Assembly: GCA_963755125.1 (NCBI GenBank) | Contig: CAVWIP010000008.1 | Span: 1-64,000, forward strand | Length of the DNA: 64,000 bases | Reading direction: 5' to 3' | From: an uncultured delta proteobacterium | Lineage (GTDB): Bacteria > Myxococcota_A > Polyangia > Fen-1088 | In this document: positions 45,990 to 56,394 of the stretch, in pieces | How positions within the stretch are numbered: position 1 is the stretch's first letter | Layout of the letters: every line of letters starts with the position of its first letter | Program-made: the position numbers and the translations under genes | Notes under the pieces: model-generated | Told to the model about the DNA's origin: nothing | The model's input: the letters and a program-made list of their open reading frames with translations, nothing else | Databases searched by the model: none

Positions 45990-48299
45990 ATGATGTCCCG
46001 ACTGTTTCATGGATTTACGATTCTAGCTGGCTTGTGCGCGATGGCGTTGGTCGTCGGCTGCGGCGGATCGAGCGGCGCAAAGGTCACCTGCGACGGAGGT
46101 ACTTGCGGCGATGCCACGCCGGGTGCGTCGAGCGACGTCGCCCTCCCCGACACCCAGGCCGCCAACCCCGATGCGCTTGTCGGCCCCGGTGTCGACGCAA
46201 CCCTGGCCGACGTGACCCCGGGAGAAGCGGCGGCTCCCGTCGACACGAACAGTTCGCAGGACGCCACAAGCCCCGGTGATGCTCAGTTCGACAGTCCGAT
46301 TCCCAATCCCCCACTGCTTGACGCCGCGGCAGACGCACCCTTGGGCGGCGCCGACGGGCAGTCGCAAGCCACCGGGGGAACTGGCGGAGGCGGCGTGGAT
46401 GGCAGCGGCGGGACGGACGCCGAGCCGGCAGGCCTGATACCCGGCTACACGGCGCCGTGGTCGGGCTCTGGCGATCCCGCGGCCGGCACCACGGCAGAGT
46501 TGGTGACGGTGACCTCTGCGTCCAGCACCGACACCCCGCTCTACACACTGACGGGCACCTCGACTGCCGGGGTGACCACCATCCACATGGAGCACGATGG
46601 TGCGAGCGTGGATGTCGTGCCCCAAGGCGGCGCCTTCAGTTCACAGGTTACCCTGGATCCCGGCGTGAACGACATCTATCTGGTCGTCGACAATGGCGAC
46701 GGCCCGCTCCCACCGCTGCACGTTGTTGTGGTGCTAGTCACAGGCAATCCTTCGAGCGTCGATCTCATCGAGGCGGCCCTGGCCGCCGGCAGCATCACGG
46801 CCGAGCAGGCCCTCGAGTACGAGGTCTTCGCCGCCTTTGGCGACCCGCGCCTGCCTGCTGCGCTGACAGGCGACGACAGCCTCCTGTTACCCGAGCCTAT
46901 AATGGCGGCCGTGGAGCAGGCCGCTCCGACGCTTTCGGATGACGCCCAGGACGTCATCGGCCCATTTCTCGCCCCCGATTTCTACCAGGGCAGCGCCTAT
47001 GAGCAGCGAACCCAGTCGAACCAGCACGCTCACGGCTTGAGCTACATCTGCAACCCATTGCGCGCGCTCTCTGACTGCCTGGTGAGCAGCAACTGGACCT
47101 ACTTCGATGGCACGCGCGTTCGTGTGTGGTACGAAAAGGGACGTTCGGCGCAGACCGTTGCCGGCAACAGCTTCGACGGAAATTCTGATCTCGCTGCGGC
47201 GACGGCTGTGGTCTTGGCCATAGAATCACCGGGCAGTGGTGCCTGGGACACACTGTCGGCACTCATGGGCGCAACCCCCATGTCCGATGCCAACCAGAGT
47301 TACAACGGCGGCGACGGCAAGCTCGACGTCCTGCTCGTCGATATGGTGGGCGATGGTCTCACCACGCCCAATAACGGCAATGGCGACGTCAACAAGCAGA
47401 CCCCCGTGTTCATCCGCCTCAACCGCAACAAGAGCGTCAACAACATTCTCGGCGCCGCGGTACACGAGTTCATGCACGCGATTCAGTATGCGCTGCCACT
47501 CTCCGGTGGCTCGCCGACGGCCTACCTGACCCTCATGGAGGCGACCGCGACGTGGGCCACCAACCGAGTCCTCCCCACCAACGATTGGGAGCACCAGTAC
47601 GACTGGGCCTATTTCCAGGCGACCGACCGCAAGCTGGTTTCCGTCACAGATCCCTTGAAAGACCGCTTTCCCTACGGCGCGTGGGTCTTCTTTCTATACT
47701 TGTCCCAGCGCCTCGGCGATGCCGCCATCGCCAACCTGTGGCAAGGTGCGGCCGGCAACACCGACCAGCTGGCAATCCTCGCCAACACCATCGCTGCGTT
47801 GGGCCCGGACAATGACAGCAAAGACCCCGCCAAACTCTGGCAGGACTTCGGCGTCAATCTGTGGAACGGCGCTCCCACCAACTACTTCAAGAATCTCGAT
47901 CGCATCCCCGATCAACCGACGACCAACGGGGGCGACCAACCGGTCGCGTTGGGCACGAGCGGCATCGGCTCCGGCACCTTCGACGTCGGCATTCCCACCT
48001 TCTCAACGCGCTACTTTAGTCTTCTCTTCAACGACGCCAACGTAAGGACGCTGCTCTTTCTCAACGGCATGAACTTCAATCTCACGACCGCGGCCCAGAT
48101 AATCCCCGTCGCGGGGACGAGCCCCGTCACCTGCCCGGCGGCCCTTCCGCCTCCCAATGCCAACAAGGCAAAGACGGCGTATCTGTCGGTCGTCCCCAAA
48201 CGCGACGGCACCTGGAGCGCGCCCGAGAACTGGACCACCAAGTTCGCCAATGGCTACAGCTTGAGCTGCCGCGACGACACATCGGGCGTGCTCAATTAG
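45990..48299 (+). CDS. secreted zinc metallopeptidase-like lipoprotein (HEXXH)
   Basis: LAGLCAMALVVGCGG lipobox; Gly/Asp/Thr linker; HEFMHAIQ ... MEATATW (HEXXH plus downstream Glu); terminates at in-frame TAG 48297-48299. Confidence 0.65.
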   Translation: MMSRLFHGFTILAGLCAMALVVGCGGSSGAKVTCDGGTCGDATPGASSDVALPDTQAANPDALVGPGVDATLADVTPGEAAAPVDTNSSQDATSPGDAQFDSPIPNPPLLDAAADAPLGGADGQSQATGGTGGGGVDGSGGTDAEPAGLIPGYTAPWSGSGDPAAGTTAELVTVTSASSTDTPLYTLTGTSTAGVTTIHMEHDGASVDVVPQGGAFSSQVTLDPGVNDIYLVVDNGDGPLPPLHVVVVLVTGNPSSVDLIEAALAAGSITAEQALEYEVFAAFGDPRLPAALTGDDSLLLPEPIMAAVEQAAPTLSDDAQDVIGPFLAPDFYQGSAYEQRTQSNQHAHGLSYICNPLRALSDCLVSSNWTYFDGTRVRVWYEKGRSAQTVAGNSFDGNSDLAAATAVVLAIESPGSGAWDTLSALMGATPMSDANQSYNGGDGKLDVLLVDMVGDGLTTPNNGNGDVNKQTPVFIRLNRNKSVNNILGAAVHEFMHAIQYALPLSGGSPTAYLTLMEATATWATNRVLPTNDWEHQYDWAYFQATDRKLVSVTDPLKDRFPYGAWVFFLYLSQRLGDAAIANLWQGAAGNTDQLAILANTIAALGPDNDSKDPAKLWQDFGVNLWNGAPTNYFKNLDRIPDQPTTNGGDQPVALGTSGIGSGTFDVGIPTFSTRYFSLLFNDANVRTLLFLNGMNFNLTTAAQIIPVAGTSPVTCPAALPPPNANKAKTAYLSVVPKRDGTWSAPENWTTKFANGYSLSCRDDTSGVLN

Positions 48300-48302
48300 C
48301 TC

Positions 48303-48944
48303 GTGCTGGTCGCCTCGTACGCCGACGCCACGGACCAGAGCCCGTTTGCTTGTCCGGGCAACCAGCCCACCCTGAGCTACAGCTCGTCTTTTTGCGCGCG
48401 CGCCACTGGCTTCGCGTCCCTCAGCCAGCCACGCAACGGCATCAACTGGACCCTCGACACCACGAACTTCGCTTGGACGAAAGCTGCCGATCTCGCTTCA
48501 GCGCTGCCGACGGGCGGCTACGCGATTTGCGGCAATGCCCTCGATCTCTCGGCCGGGCAGATCGCCATGACGCGCATTGGCACCGAGAGCAATGGCTGCA
48601 CGGCCAACGTCAACCAAACCGAGCCGGCCCCGACGGGCGCCAACGAGTCGCGACTCAGTCTCTTCGACTTCGCGACCTCACTGGCCACGCGTTTCTATTC
48701 ATTCCAGGGCTTCGGCATCAACATCTACCGCGGCGGGCAGCCCATCCTCTACACCGGCACTTGCCAGTGTGCTGGCCAGGCTGCCACCATCTGCGATTGC
48801 ACCTCCGACTCCTTCTTGTTCAATACGCCGATGACCCAATCGGCCATTAACTACCTCATCCCGAACAGCGGCACCCTGACGGGCTCGGGCGCATCCATGG
48901 CGGTGGCGGGCACTGGCGCGTGGTCGGTTTCACCGACGCCCTGA
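48303..48944 (+). pseudogene. in-frame continuation of the metallopeptidase ORF after a single amber codon (Cys-rich C-terminal domain); no own signal peptide
   Basis: same reading frame as 45990..48299 (both coordinates = 0 mod 3), separated only by TAG+CTC; Cys-rich like upstream domain. Confidence 0.4.
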
Positions 48945-49086
48945 GGCTCATCAGTGCATCACGGCGGCGCACGAAGACCTTCCAGAAAATCGCGTGCACA
49001 GCGGCGGCATAGCGGTGTTCTCTTCCACCGGGTGAGCAACAGGAATGGCGTGCCTTTCTTCGGGCTGTCGTAACATGGGATCCATC

Positions 49087-50622
49087 ATGCGCACGATCAC
49101 TGCCATTACCTTGTGCACCACTGCTCTCATCGCGACCGGACTGCTGGCCCAACCAGCCAACCAGCCGCCGGCCGGCAAACCGCGTCCCGCCCGCCACTAC
49201 GAGGGCCTGATGACCTGGGAGGTGCGCGACGCCGACACCGGCGCGCCCATCCCGTGCAAGCTGACCTTCGTGGGCGTCGAGGGCACGCGCGACCCCGAGT
49301 TCACCCACAATGACATCGGCAAGCCCGAGGGCGACCTGGCCATCGCCGCCTACCATCGCGTGTTCTCCGCCTCGGGTGACGGTGCCGTGCGGGTACCACC
49401 GGGCACCTACGACATCTACGTCAGCCGCGGCCTGGAGTGGGACGTGGCGGTGGTGCGCAAGTTCAAGATCACTTCCGAGGGCGCCGATCTGGTGGCCCAG
49501 TTGCACCATGTGATCGACTCGCACGGCTGGTATTCGGCCGACTTTCACGTCCATGCCGCGCCCTCGCCGGATTCCATCGTGCCCCTGCCCCATCGGGTGA
49601 TCGAATTCATCGCCGATGGCGTCGACATGCTCACCTCCACTGACCACAACGCGGTCACTGACTACGCACCCACCATCAAGGCGCTCGGCGTGGGCAACCT
49701 CATCAGCACCATCATTGGTGACGAGATCACCACCGCCTCGTGGGGGCATTTCGGCGCCTTCCCGTTGCCTCAGGATGTGGCGCGCGCGGGCCACGGCGCG
49801 GTGCTGACCCACGGCCGCACGCCCAAAGACATCTTCGAGGACGTACACACCCATGCGCCGGGCGCGGTCATCGATGTACACCACCCACGCCTCGATCCGA
49901 CCTGCGGATACTTCATCATCGGGGAATTCGACCCGCACGTGGACCGCGCGGGCAAGAAGGGTTTCTCGTTCGACTTCGACGCCATCGAGGTGCTCAACGG
50001 CTATCAGGATCCCGCCCGCCGCAGCGTGGACCGCATGATCGACGACTACCTGGGGTTGCTCAACCACGGGCACCTGGCCACCGCGACCGGAAACTCGGAC
50101 ACCCATCACCTCACCTTCAACATGGGCGGCTATCCGCGCAACTACCTGCGGGTGCCCGACGACCGCATCGGGCACGTCACCCCGCAGGACGTGGCGCAGG
50201 CGGTGCGCGCCCACCACGTCTTCTTCACCACCGGTCCTTTCGTGCGCATGCACGCGGGCCAGGCCGACATCGGCGATCTGGTTGCCGCGCCCGGCGGTTA
50301 CGCCCGCGTGGACATCGAGGTCGACGCCGCGCCCTGGGTGTCAGTCGACCGGGTGATCCTCTACGTGAACGGCAAGGAGGCCCAGCGCTGGGCCGTGCCG
50401 CCCAGTCAGAAGGTGGCGCGGTTTCGCGCCAGTCACAACCTCACGCTGGCCGCCGACGGCTACGCCCTGTTGCGCGTCGACGGCAACGAACTGCTGGCGC
50501 CAGTGGTGGGCGACAGGAAGACCTTCGGCGTCTACCCGCTGGCGCTCAGCAATCCCATCTTCTTCGACGTGAACAACAACGGCCGCTACGATCCCGCCTA
50601 TCAGCACGGCGAGAAACACTGA
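49087..50622 (+). CDS. secreted PHP-domain / CehA-McbA-type metallohydrolase
   Basis: trimmed to MRTITAITLCTTALIATGLLAQ signal; FHVHAAPSPDS and TSTDHNAV His/Asp metal motifs. Confidence 0.6.
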   Translation: MRTITAITLCTTALIATGLLAQPANQPPAGKPRPARHYEGLMTWEVRDADTGAPIPCKLTFVGVEGTRDPEFTHNDIGKPEGDLAIAAYHRVFSASGDGAVRVPPGTYDIYVSRGLEWDVAVVRKFKITSEGADLVAQLHHVIDSHGWYSADFHVHAAPSPDSIVPLPHRVIEFIADGVDMLTSTDHNAVTDYAPTIKALGVGNLISTIIGDEITTASWGHFGAFPLPQDVARAGHGAVLTHGRTPKDIFEDVHTHAPGAVIDVHHPRLDPTCGYFIIGEFDPHVDRAGKKGFSFDFDAIEVLNGYQDPARRSVDRMIDDYLGLLNHGHLATATGNSDTHHLTFNMGGYPRNYLRVPDDRIGHVTPQDVAQAVRAHHVFFTTGPFVRMHAGQADIGDLVAAPGGYARVDIEVDAAPWVSVDRVILYVNGKEAQRWAVPPSQKVARFRASHNLTLAADGYALLRVDGNELLAPVVGDRKTFGVYPLALSNPIFFDVNNNGRYDPAYQHGEKH

Positions 50623-50675
50623 CACCACGACATCAGAAGTTCCTCTGCGGCAGAACCCTGGCACTCTGAGCCCCA

Positions 50676-51227
50676 ATGACGGACCATGTTCGCGCCCCGA
50701 TTCTGTGGTTCACCGGTCGGCCAGCCGCCGGCAAGAGCACCTTGGCGGCGGCACTGCGTCCGACCCTGCAGGCCCGCTGGCCGGTGGAAATCCTCGATGG
50801 CGACGAAGTCAGACGCTGGCTGTCCGACGAGCTGGGGTTCTCTCGCGCCGATCGCGACCGCAACATCGCCCGCATCGCCCAGGTGGCCTGCCTGCTGGCT
50901 CGCAATGGCGTGGCCGTGCTGGTGGCGGCCGTCTCACCCTACGCGGCTGCGCGGGCGCAAGCGCGGGCGTTGGCCGAAAACCAGGCCGTTCCCTTCTTCG
51001 AGATCTTTGTCAGCGCGCCCCTGGCTGTCCTGATCCAGCGTGACCCCAAGGGCATGTACCAGCGTGCCCAGGCCGGCCAGATTCCGAACTTCACCGGCAT
51101 CAACGATCCCTACGAGGAACCAGAACACCCGGACCTGGTCATCCACACCGACACCGAGCCGGTCGCGACGAGCGCAGGCCGCGTGGTGACGGGCCTGCGC
51201 GCGCGCGGACTACTGAGGGGTATTTAA
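50676..51227 (+). CDS. cysC: adenylylsulfate (APS) kinase
   Basis: Walker A GRPAAGKST; LDGDEVRRWLSDELGFSRADRDRNIARI; DPKGMYQRA. Confidence 0.9.
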   Translation: MTDHVRAPILWFTGRPAAGKSTLAAALRPTLQARWPVEILDGDEVRRWLSDELGFSRADRDRNIARIAQVACLLARNGVAVLVAAVSPYAAARAQARALAENQAVPFFEIFVSAPLAVLIQRDPKGMYQRAQAGQIPNFTGINDPYEEPEHPDLVIHTDTEPVATSAGRVVTGLRARGLLRGI

Positions 51228-51462
51228 CACTACTGGTTGGGCTCGCGTGCTGCGGTCACCTCTCCGCACACACGGCGAGCGGGTGCGGCCCGGGCGCCAG
51301 CCTCTCGATGCCGGCGCATGGGGCCTTCAACTCAACTGACCACCCATGGCCTCCACCTCCAGGACATCGAGATGGGTGAGCGCCGTCACGCTCCTGCATT
51401 GTCAGCACGAATTGCCGGTGCACCGCCATTGAAAATTTCCTCGGCGCGCATACCCTTGCCCG

Positions 51463-52311
51463 ATGCCAGGCGCGCGGCGCTCGTGGATCAACCCCGCCTA
51501 TCTTGCGGCGGTAGCACTCGGCTGTGCCCTGCTGGTGGCCGCAGGCGTGTACGTGCCGCGCACCTCGCTCTTCGCCATCTCGCTGGCGGCTTTCATGTGC
51601 GAGTTCGTGGACAGTGCGTTCGGCATGGGTTTCGGAACCATGTTGGCGCCACTCTTGCTGGTGGCGGGATTTTCGCCCACCGATGTGGTGCCTGTGATCC
51701 TGGTGTCGGAGCTGCTCACGGGGTTTGGCGCGGCCTTCTTCCACGCCAAGGATGAGAACGTTTCCTTCGCCCGCGGCTCCAAACCCCTGTCAGCCGGGAT
51801 CTTGCTTTCCATCGGCAGCGTGCTCGGCGTGTTCATCGGCGCACCCGTGTTCCTCAAGTCCTCGACCCGGCTTCTGACCCTGTTCATCGGCGTCATCATC
51901 ACGATTTCGGGCGTTGCCATCTTCTACTGCCTCGACCACGCGTTTCGCTATCGCCGGGCCGGGGTCTTCACCCTGGCCACCATCGCCGCGTTCAACAAGA
52001 CCCTGAGCGGCGGCGGCTATGGGCCGCTCATGACCAGCGGCCAGCTCCTGGTCGGGGTGGAGGCCAAGGCCGCGGCCGCCATCACTTCCCTGTCCGAGGG
52101 CGTGACCTGTCTTTGCGCCAGCGCCATTTTCGTGGCCAGTCGGGGTCACTACAACCTGGACCTTCTCATCGCCGTTCTCACCGGGTCGCTCTTGGTTGTA
52201 CCCCTTGCCACCGGCTCGGTGCGCCGGCTGAACGAGCGCACCATGAAGAAGGGCATCGGCGTCGCCACGCTCATCCTCGGGTGCTGGACGGTCCTGAAGG
52301 CACTGCGCTAG
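51463..52311 (+). CDS. TauE/SafE-family (sulfite/anion exporter-like) membrane protein
   Basis: 282 aa, ~8 TM, two Gly-rich repeats FGMGFGT and LSGGGYGPL; downstream of cysC. Confidence 0.55.
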   Translation: MPGARRSWINPAYLAAVALGCALLVAAGVYVPRTSLFAISLAAFMCEFVDSAFGMGFGTMLAPLLLVAGFSPTDVVPVILVSELLTGFGAAFFHAKDENVSFARGSKPLSAGILLSIGSVLGVFIGAPVFLKSSTRLLTLFIGVIITISGVAIFYCLDHAFRYRRAGVFTLATIAAFNKTLSGGGYGPLMTSGQLLVGVEAKAAAAITSLSEGVTCLCASAIFVASRGHYNLDLLIAVLTGSLLVVPLATGSVRRLNERTMKKGIGVATLILGCWTVLKALR

Positions 52312-52644
52312 AGCACCGAACGGTTTGACGGACCGAGTGAAATTGCGCAGTTGCGAGCGGCCCGAGGCGCGAGGAGGGAGAATACTCGACGTATTTGACC
52401 GACGAGCAACGAGGGGACGCGACGCAAATGGGCGATTTCACGACGGGAGGCAAACCGTTCGGTGCTCCAGAGGTGCGGGTGGATGGGCGCCCGCAGGTCG
52501 CCCCCATCTCTGCGGCCTCTGTGCCCTCTGGGTTCTCGGCCGCGGATGGCCTATCGGCTGAACGACCTCGCCGCTTGATGTCTCGCCCCGTCTCCAGCCC
52601 CGGCTGCAGTCCGTCGCGAATCTGCCGATGGTTGCTACTGCGCA

Positions 52645-53199
52645 ATGATTTCTGCCATCCGGGCCGCCAAGGCCTTCGAATCGCTGTCCGACACAGACTG
52701 CGCCGAACTGGTGCGCTTCATGCGCATCCGGCAGTACGAGGCTGGCGCGACGATCTTCGAGCGCGGCAAGCCCGGTGACACCATGCTGGTGGTTGCCGAC
52801 GGCGCGCTCTCCGTGGTCATGGCGGGCCCGCGCCGCGGGAACGTCGAAGTGGCCCGCATCGGCGTGGGGGAGGTGGTCGGCGAGACGTCGTGTATCGACC
52901 CTGCCCCGCGCTGTGCCACCCTGCTGGCCGCCACGCGCACAACCGCGTACGAGCTCGGGCGCAAGGAACTGACCAGCATGCGAAAACGGGCGCCCGGGTT
53001 GGCGATCGCGCTGATGGGCGCGGTCGTCCGCAGCGTGACCCTGCGCCTGCGCCGCGTGGACGAGCGCATCGATCGCGAGCTGGCCGGCCACTTGGCGGCG
53101 AGGCTCCCGGAGTTGCGACAGACGGCCGGCTCCGGGGCGGGGCCGACCGGGCCAGGCACCTGGACGGCCCTGCTGGCCCGCCTGCGAGGAAGCGCATGA
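52645..53199 (+). CDS. stand-alone cyclic-nucleotide-binding (cNMP) domain protein
   Basis: FERGKPGDTMLVVADGALSV ... GVGEVVGETS ... RTTAYELGRKEL; no HTH or other output domain. Confidence 0.65.
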   Translation: MISAIRAAKAFESLSDTDCAELVRFMRIRQYEAGATIFERGKPGDTMLVVADGALSVVMAGPRRGNVEVARIGVGEVVGETSCIDPAPRCATLLAATRTTAYELGRKELTSMRKRAPGLAIALMGAVVRSVTLRLRRVDERIDRELAGHLAARLPELRQTAGSGAGPTGPGTWTALLARLRGSA

Positions 53200-53768
53200 A
53201 GGCCTCTGCCCTGCGGAGGTTACTGCCCGGCTATCCCAGCACCGAACTCGAACTCCTCCTGGCCGCAACACGGACTCGCCACTTTCCTGGCGGCACCTGG
53301 CTGTGCCGCGAAGGCCAGCCTGCCTCATCCTGCTTCCTCATCGCGATCGGCGCGGTGGAGGTGGTCAAGTATCTCGACGGCGAGGAGCACGTGTTGGCCA
53401 CCCTGGGGCCGGGAACCCTGCTGGGCCAGACGGCGCTTGTCGACGGCGCGCTCCGCTCGGCTTCACTGCGAGCTGCGTCTGTCACCACAGCCATCGAGAT
53501 CAGGCGCAGAACCTTCCAGCGTCTGGTGCAACAAGGCAGTCCCCTGGCCCTGCGCTTCCAGGAAAAGATCGCAGTTGCCGGGATCCGCCAGCTGCGCGCT
53601 GCCACCGACCAGCTGGCGCTGGTGCTGGCAAGAGCCATCCGGCCGTCGGGCAAACGGAGTGCCGCTGTCGATCGCCTGGCCCTCGCCTGCATCCAGGCCG
53701 GCACCGGCGAATGGGACATGCCTCTCGGCCCCGGCGCGTGTCCGTCCGCCAAGAAGCGTCTTTCCTAG
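53196..53768 (+). CDS. second stand-alone cNMP-binding domain protein, translationally coupled (ATGA)
   Basis: ATG 53196 overlaps TGA 53197-53199; [20 protein letters not shown] ... [32 protein letters not shown]. Confidence 0.65.
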   Translation: MKASALRRLLPGYPSTELELLLAATRTRHFPGGTWLCREGQPASSCFLIAIGAVEVVKYLDGEEHVLATLGPGTLLGQTALVDGALRSASLRAASVTTAIEIRRRTFQRLVQQGSPLALRFQEKIAVAGIRQLRAATDQLALVLARAIRPSGKRSAAVDRLALACIQAGTGEWDMPLGPGACPSAKKRLS

Positions 53769-53802
53769 CCGGCCTGCGCGTGCTAGCAAGCGGCGCAAGG
53801 CC

Positions 53803-55800
53803 ATGGACCAACTCAGCAATCTCGCCATCAATACCATTCGCATCCTCTCCATCGATGCCGTGCAGAAGGCCAACGCGGGCCACCCGGGCCTGCCCATGGG
53901 GGCCGCGCCCATGGCCTATGTGCTCTGGCAGAAACACCTCAAGCACAATCCGCGCAATCCCAAGTGGCCGGATCGCGACCGCTTCGTGCTCTCGGCTGGG
54001 CACGGGTCCATGTTGCTCTATTCGTTGCTACACCTGACCGGGTACGACCTGTCGCTGGACGACATCAAGACCTTCCGCCAGTGGGGCTCACGTGCGGCCG
54101 GGCACCCGGAATCCTTTCTCGTCCCGGGCGTGGAAGCCACCACCGGCCCGCTCGGTCAGGGTGCCAGCAACGCGGTCGGCCTGGCCATGGCCGAGCGTTT
54201 TGCCGCCGGACGCTACAACAAGCCCGGCCACACCATCGTCGATCACTTTACCTACGCCCTGGTGGGCGACGGCGACCTGATGGAAGGAATCACCCACGAG
54301 GCAGCTTCGCTGGCAGGTCATCTCGGGCTGGGCAAGCTCATCTGGCTGTACGACGACAACAAGGTATCGCTCGACGGACCCACCTCGTTGGCCTTCACCG
54401 AAGACGTGGGCAAGCGCTTTGAAGCATACCGCTGGCAAGTCTTGCGCATTGAGAAGGGCGATACCGACATCGAAGCCATCGACCGCGCCCTGGTCGCGGC
54501 CAAGGCCGAGACGACGCGGCCGTCGCTCATCATGGTTCACAGCACCATCGGCTTCGGCTCGCCCCACAAGGCGGGCAGCAGCGAGGCTCACGGCTCGCCG
54601 CTCGGCGCGGAAGAAGTGAAGGCGACCAAGCAGAATCTGGGCTGGGATCCGGACAAGCAGTTCTACCTTCCTGACCAGGCAGTGACTCATTTCCGCACTG
54701 CCGTCGAGCGCGGCGCGCAGGCCGAGTCCGCCTGGCAGAATCGATTCGATGCCTGGGCCGCAGCCAACTCCGATCTGGCCAGTGAATGGCACACAGCCTT
54801 GCGGGGCGAGCTGCCCTCGGGCTGGGAATCTGGTCTACCGACGTTTTCGCCCAAGGACGAGCTGGCCACGCGCCAGTCGGGCGGCAAGGTCCTGGCCGCC
54901 ATCGCCGGCAAGGTGCCCTGGCTCGTGGGCGGCGACGCCGACCTGTCGTGCTCGACGCTGACCACGCTGACCGGCCAGGGTGATTTCGACGGCCAGACCG
55001 GGCTGGGCCGCAACATCCATTTCGGCGTGCGCGAACACGCGATGGGCGCCATTGCCAACGGCCTCGCCTACCACGGAGGCGTGCGCCCATTCACCGCCAC
55101 CTTCTTCGTGTTTTCCGACTATGAACGCCCGGCCGTGCGCATGGCGGCCATCAGTCGCTTGCCCGTGACCTTCGTGTTCACCCACGATTCCATCGGCGTG
55201 GGCGAGGACGGGCCGACCCACCAGCCGGTCGAACAGCTCATGTCGCTGCGCCTGATTCCCAACCTGTGGGTCATTCGTCCGGCCGACGCCAACGAAGTCG
55301 TCGAGGCCTACAAGATCGCCATGAAGCGCAGCAACGGTCCCGTCACGGTGGTCCTGACCCGGCAGAAGACGCCGACTTTCGATCGCAGCAAGCTCGCTCC
55401 GGCCGAAGGCGTGCACAAAGGCGGCTATGTGCTGTGCGACGCGCCCGCGCCGCAAGCCGTGCTCATCGCCACAGGCAGCGAAGTCGCAGTGGCGCTGGCC
55501 GCGCAGGAGAAGCTGCTGGCCCAAGGCATTCGGTCTCGCGTGGTGTCGCTGCCGTGCTGGGAGATCTTCGCGGCCCAGAGCCCCGAGTATCAGGACTCGG
55601 TCATTCCGCGCGCCATCAAGGCGCGCGTGTCCATCGAGGCGGGCGCCACGCTCGGCTGGCAGCGCTGGGTGGGCGACGAGGGCGTCGCCATCGGTATCGA
55701 CCGCTTCGGAGCGTCGGGCCCAGGCGGTGTCTTGATGAAGCAGTTCGGTTTGCACGCCGACGCCGTGGTCCGCGCTGTCACGGATATGGTGAAGACGTGA
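53803..55800 (+). CDS. tkt: transketolase
   Basis: N-terminal [43 protein letters not shown], full-length 665 aa. Confidence 0.95.
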   Translation: MDQLSNLAINTIRILSIDAVQKANAGHPGLPMGAAPMAYVLWQKHLKHNPRNPKWPDRDRFVLSAGHGSMLLYSLLHLTGYDLSLDDIKTFRQWGSRAAGHPESFLVPGVEATTGPLGQGASNAVGLAMAERFAAGRYNKPGHTIVDHFTYALVGDGDLMEGITHEAASLAGHLGLGKLIWLYDDNKVSLDGPTSLAFTEDVGKRFEAYRWQVLRIEKGDTDIEAIDRALVAAKAETTRPSLIMVHSTIGFGSPHKAGSSEAHGSPLGAEEVKATKQNLGWDPDKQFYLPDQAVTHFRTAVERGAQAESAWQNRFDAWAAANSDLASEWHTALRGELPSGWESGLPTFSPKDELATRQSGGKVLAAIAGKVPWLVGGDADLSCSTLTTLTGQGDFDGQTGLGRNIHFGVREHAMGAIANGLAYHGGVRPFTATFFVFSDYERPAVRMAAISRLPVTFVFTHDSIGVGEDGPTHQPVEQLMSLRLIPNLWVIRPADANEVVEAYKIAMKRSNGPVTVVLTRQKTPTFDRSKLAPAEGVHKGGYVLCDAPAPQAVLIATGSEVAVALAAQEKLLAQGIRSRVVSLPCWEIFAAQSPEYQDSVIPRAIKARVSIEAGATLGWQRWVGDEGVAIGIDRFGASGPGGVLMKQFGLHADAVVRAVTDMVKT

Positions 55801-56390
55801 AGAACATCGGTCTTGCTTTCGCTCTTGCCGCCCTCGTGACCTGCGGCCTCGTCGGGACGGCGCGCGCAGATGATCAACGACCCACGGTCTTCACCTTCGC
55901 CTATGAAGGTCTCGTGGTGGGAGCCGGGGCCGGGCTGGCCGCGGGCTATCTGGTCGCGCGCGAGGACGGCTGGAAGACTTCGAAGGACTGGAAGCCCCTG
56001 GTGTACGGGACCGGCATCGGCGCGCTGGTGGGCAGCGGGGTCGGGCTGACCGTGGGCGTGGTCAACGTCGCACAGGACAAGCCAGGCCGTACCCGCTATG
56101 TCTTGCGCGACATGGCCTACGGCGTGGGGTTCGGCGCCACCGCGGGCGTGATCGCGGGCGGCCTTACCGCGATCTCGACCAGGAAGCCCGAGCACATCCT
56201 TCTCGGTGCATCCATCGGCGTTCTTTCCGGGGCTGTCATGGGGGCGGTGTTTGGCTTCATCGAGGGCGGGCACGCGCGCGACTATGGGGCTTTGGATTCC
56301 GACCGTCAGCGCTTCGCCCTTGCGATCGTGCCGGTCGTCGAGGCAGGCGGCAAGCTCGCCTACCTCCCCGCTCTCTCGGGCCGGTACTGA
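55797..56390 (+). CDS. small secreted/membrane glycine-zipper protein
   Basis: GTG start overlapping tkt stop; signal [24 protein letters not shown]; GxxxG-rich TM-like segments. Confidence 0.45.
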   Translation: MKNIGLAFALAALVTCGLVGTARADDQRPTVFTFAYEGLVVGAGAGLAAGYLVAREDGWKTSKDWKPLVYGTGIGALVGSGVGLTVGVVNVAQDKPGRTRYVLRDMAYGVGFGATAGVIAGGLTAISTRKPEHILLGASIGVLSGAVMGAVFGFIEGGHARDYGALDSDRQRFALAIVPVVEAGGKLAYLPALSGRY

Positions 56391-56394
56391 CCGC

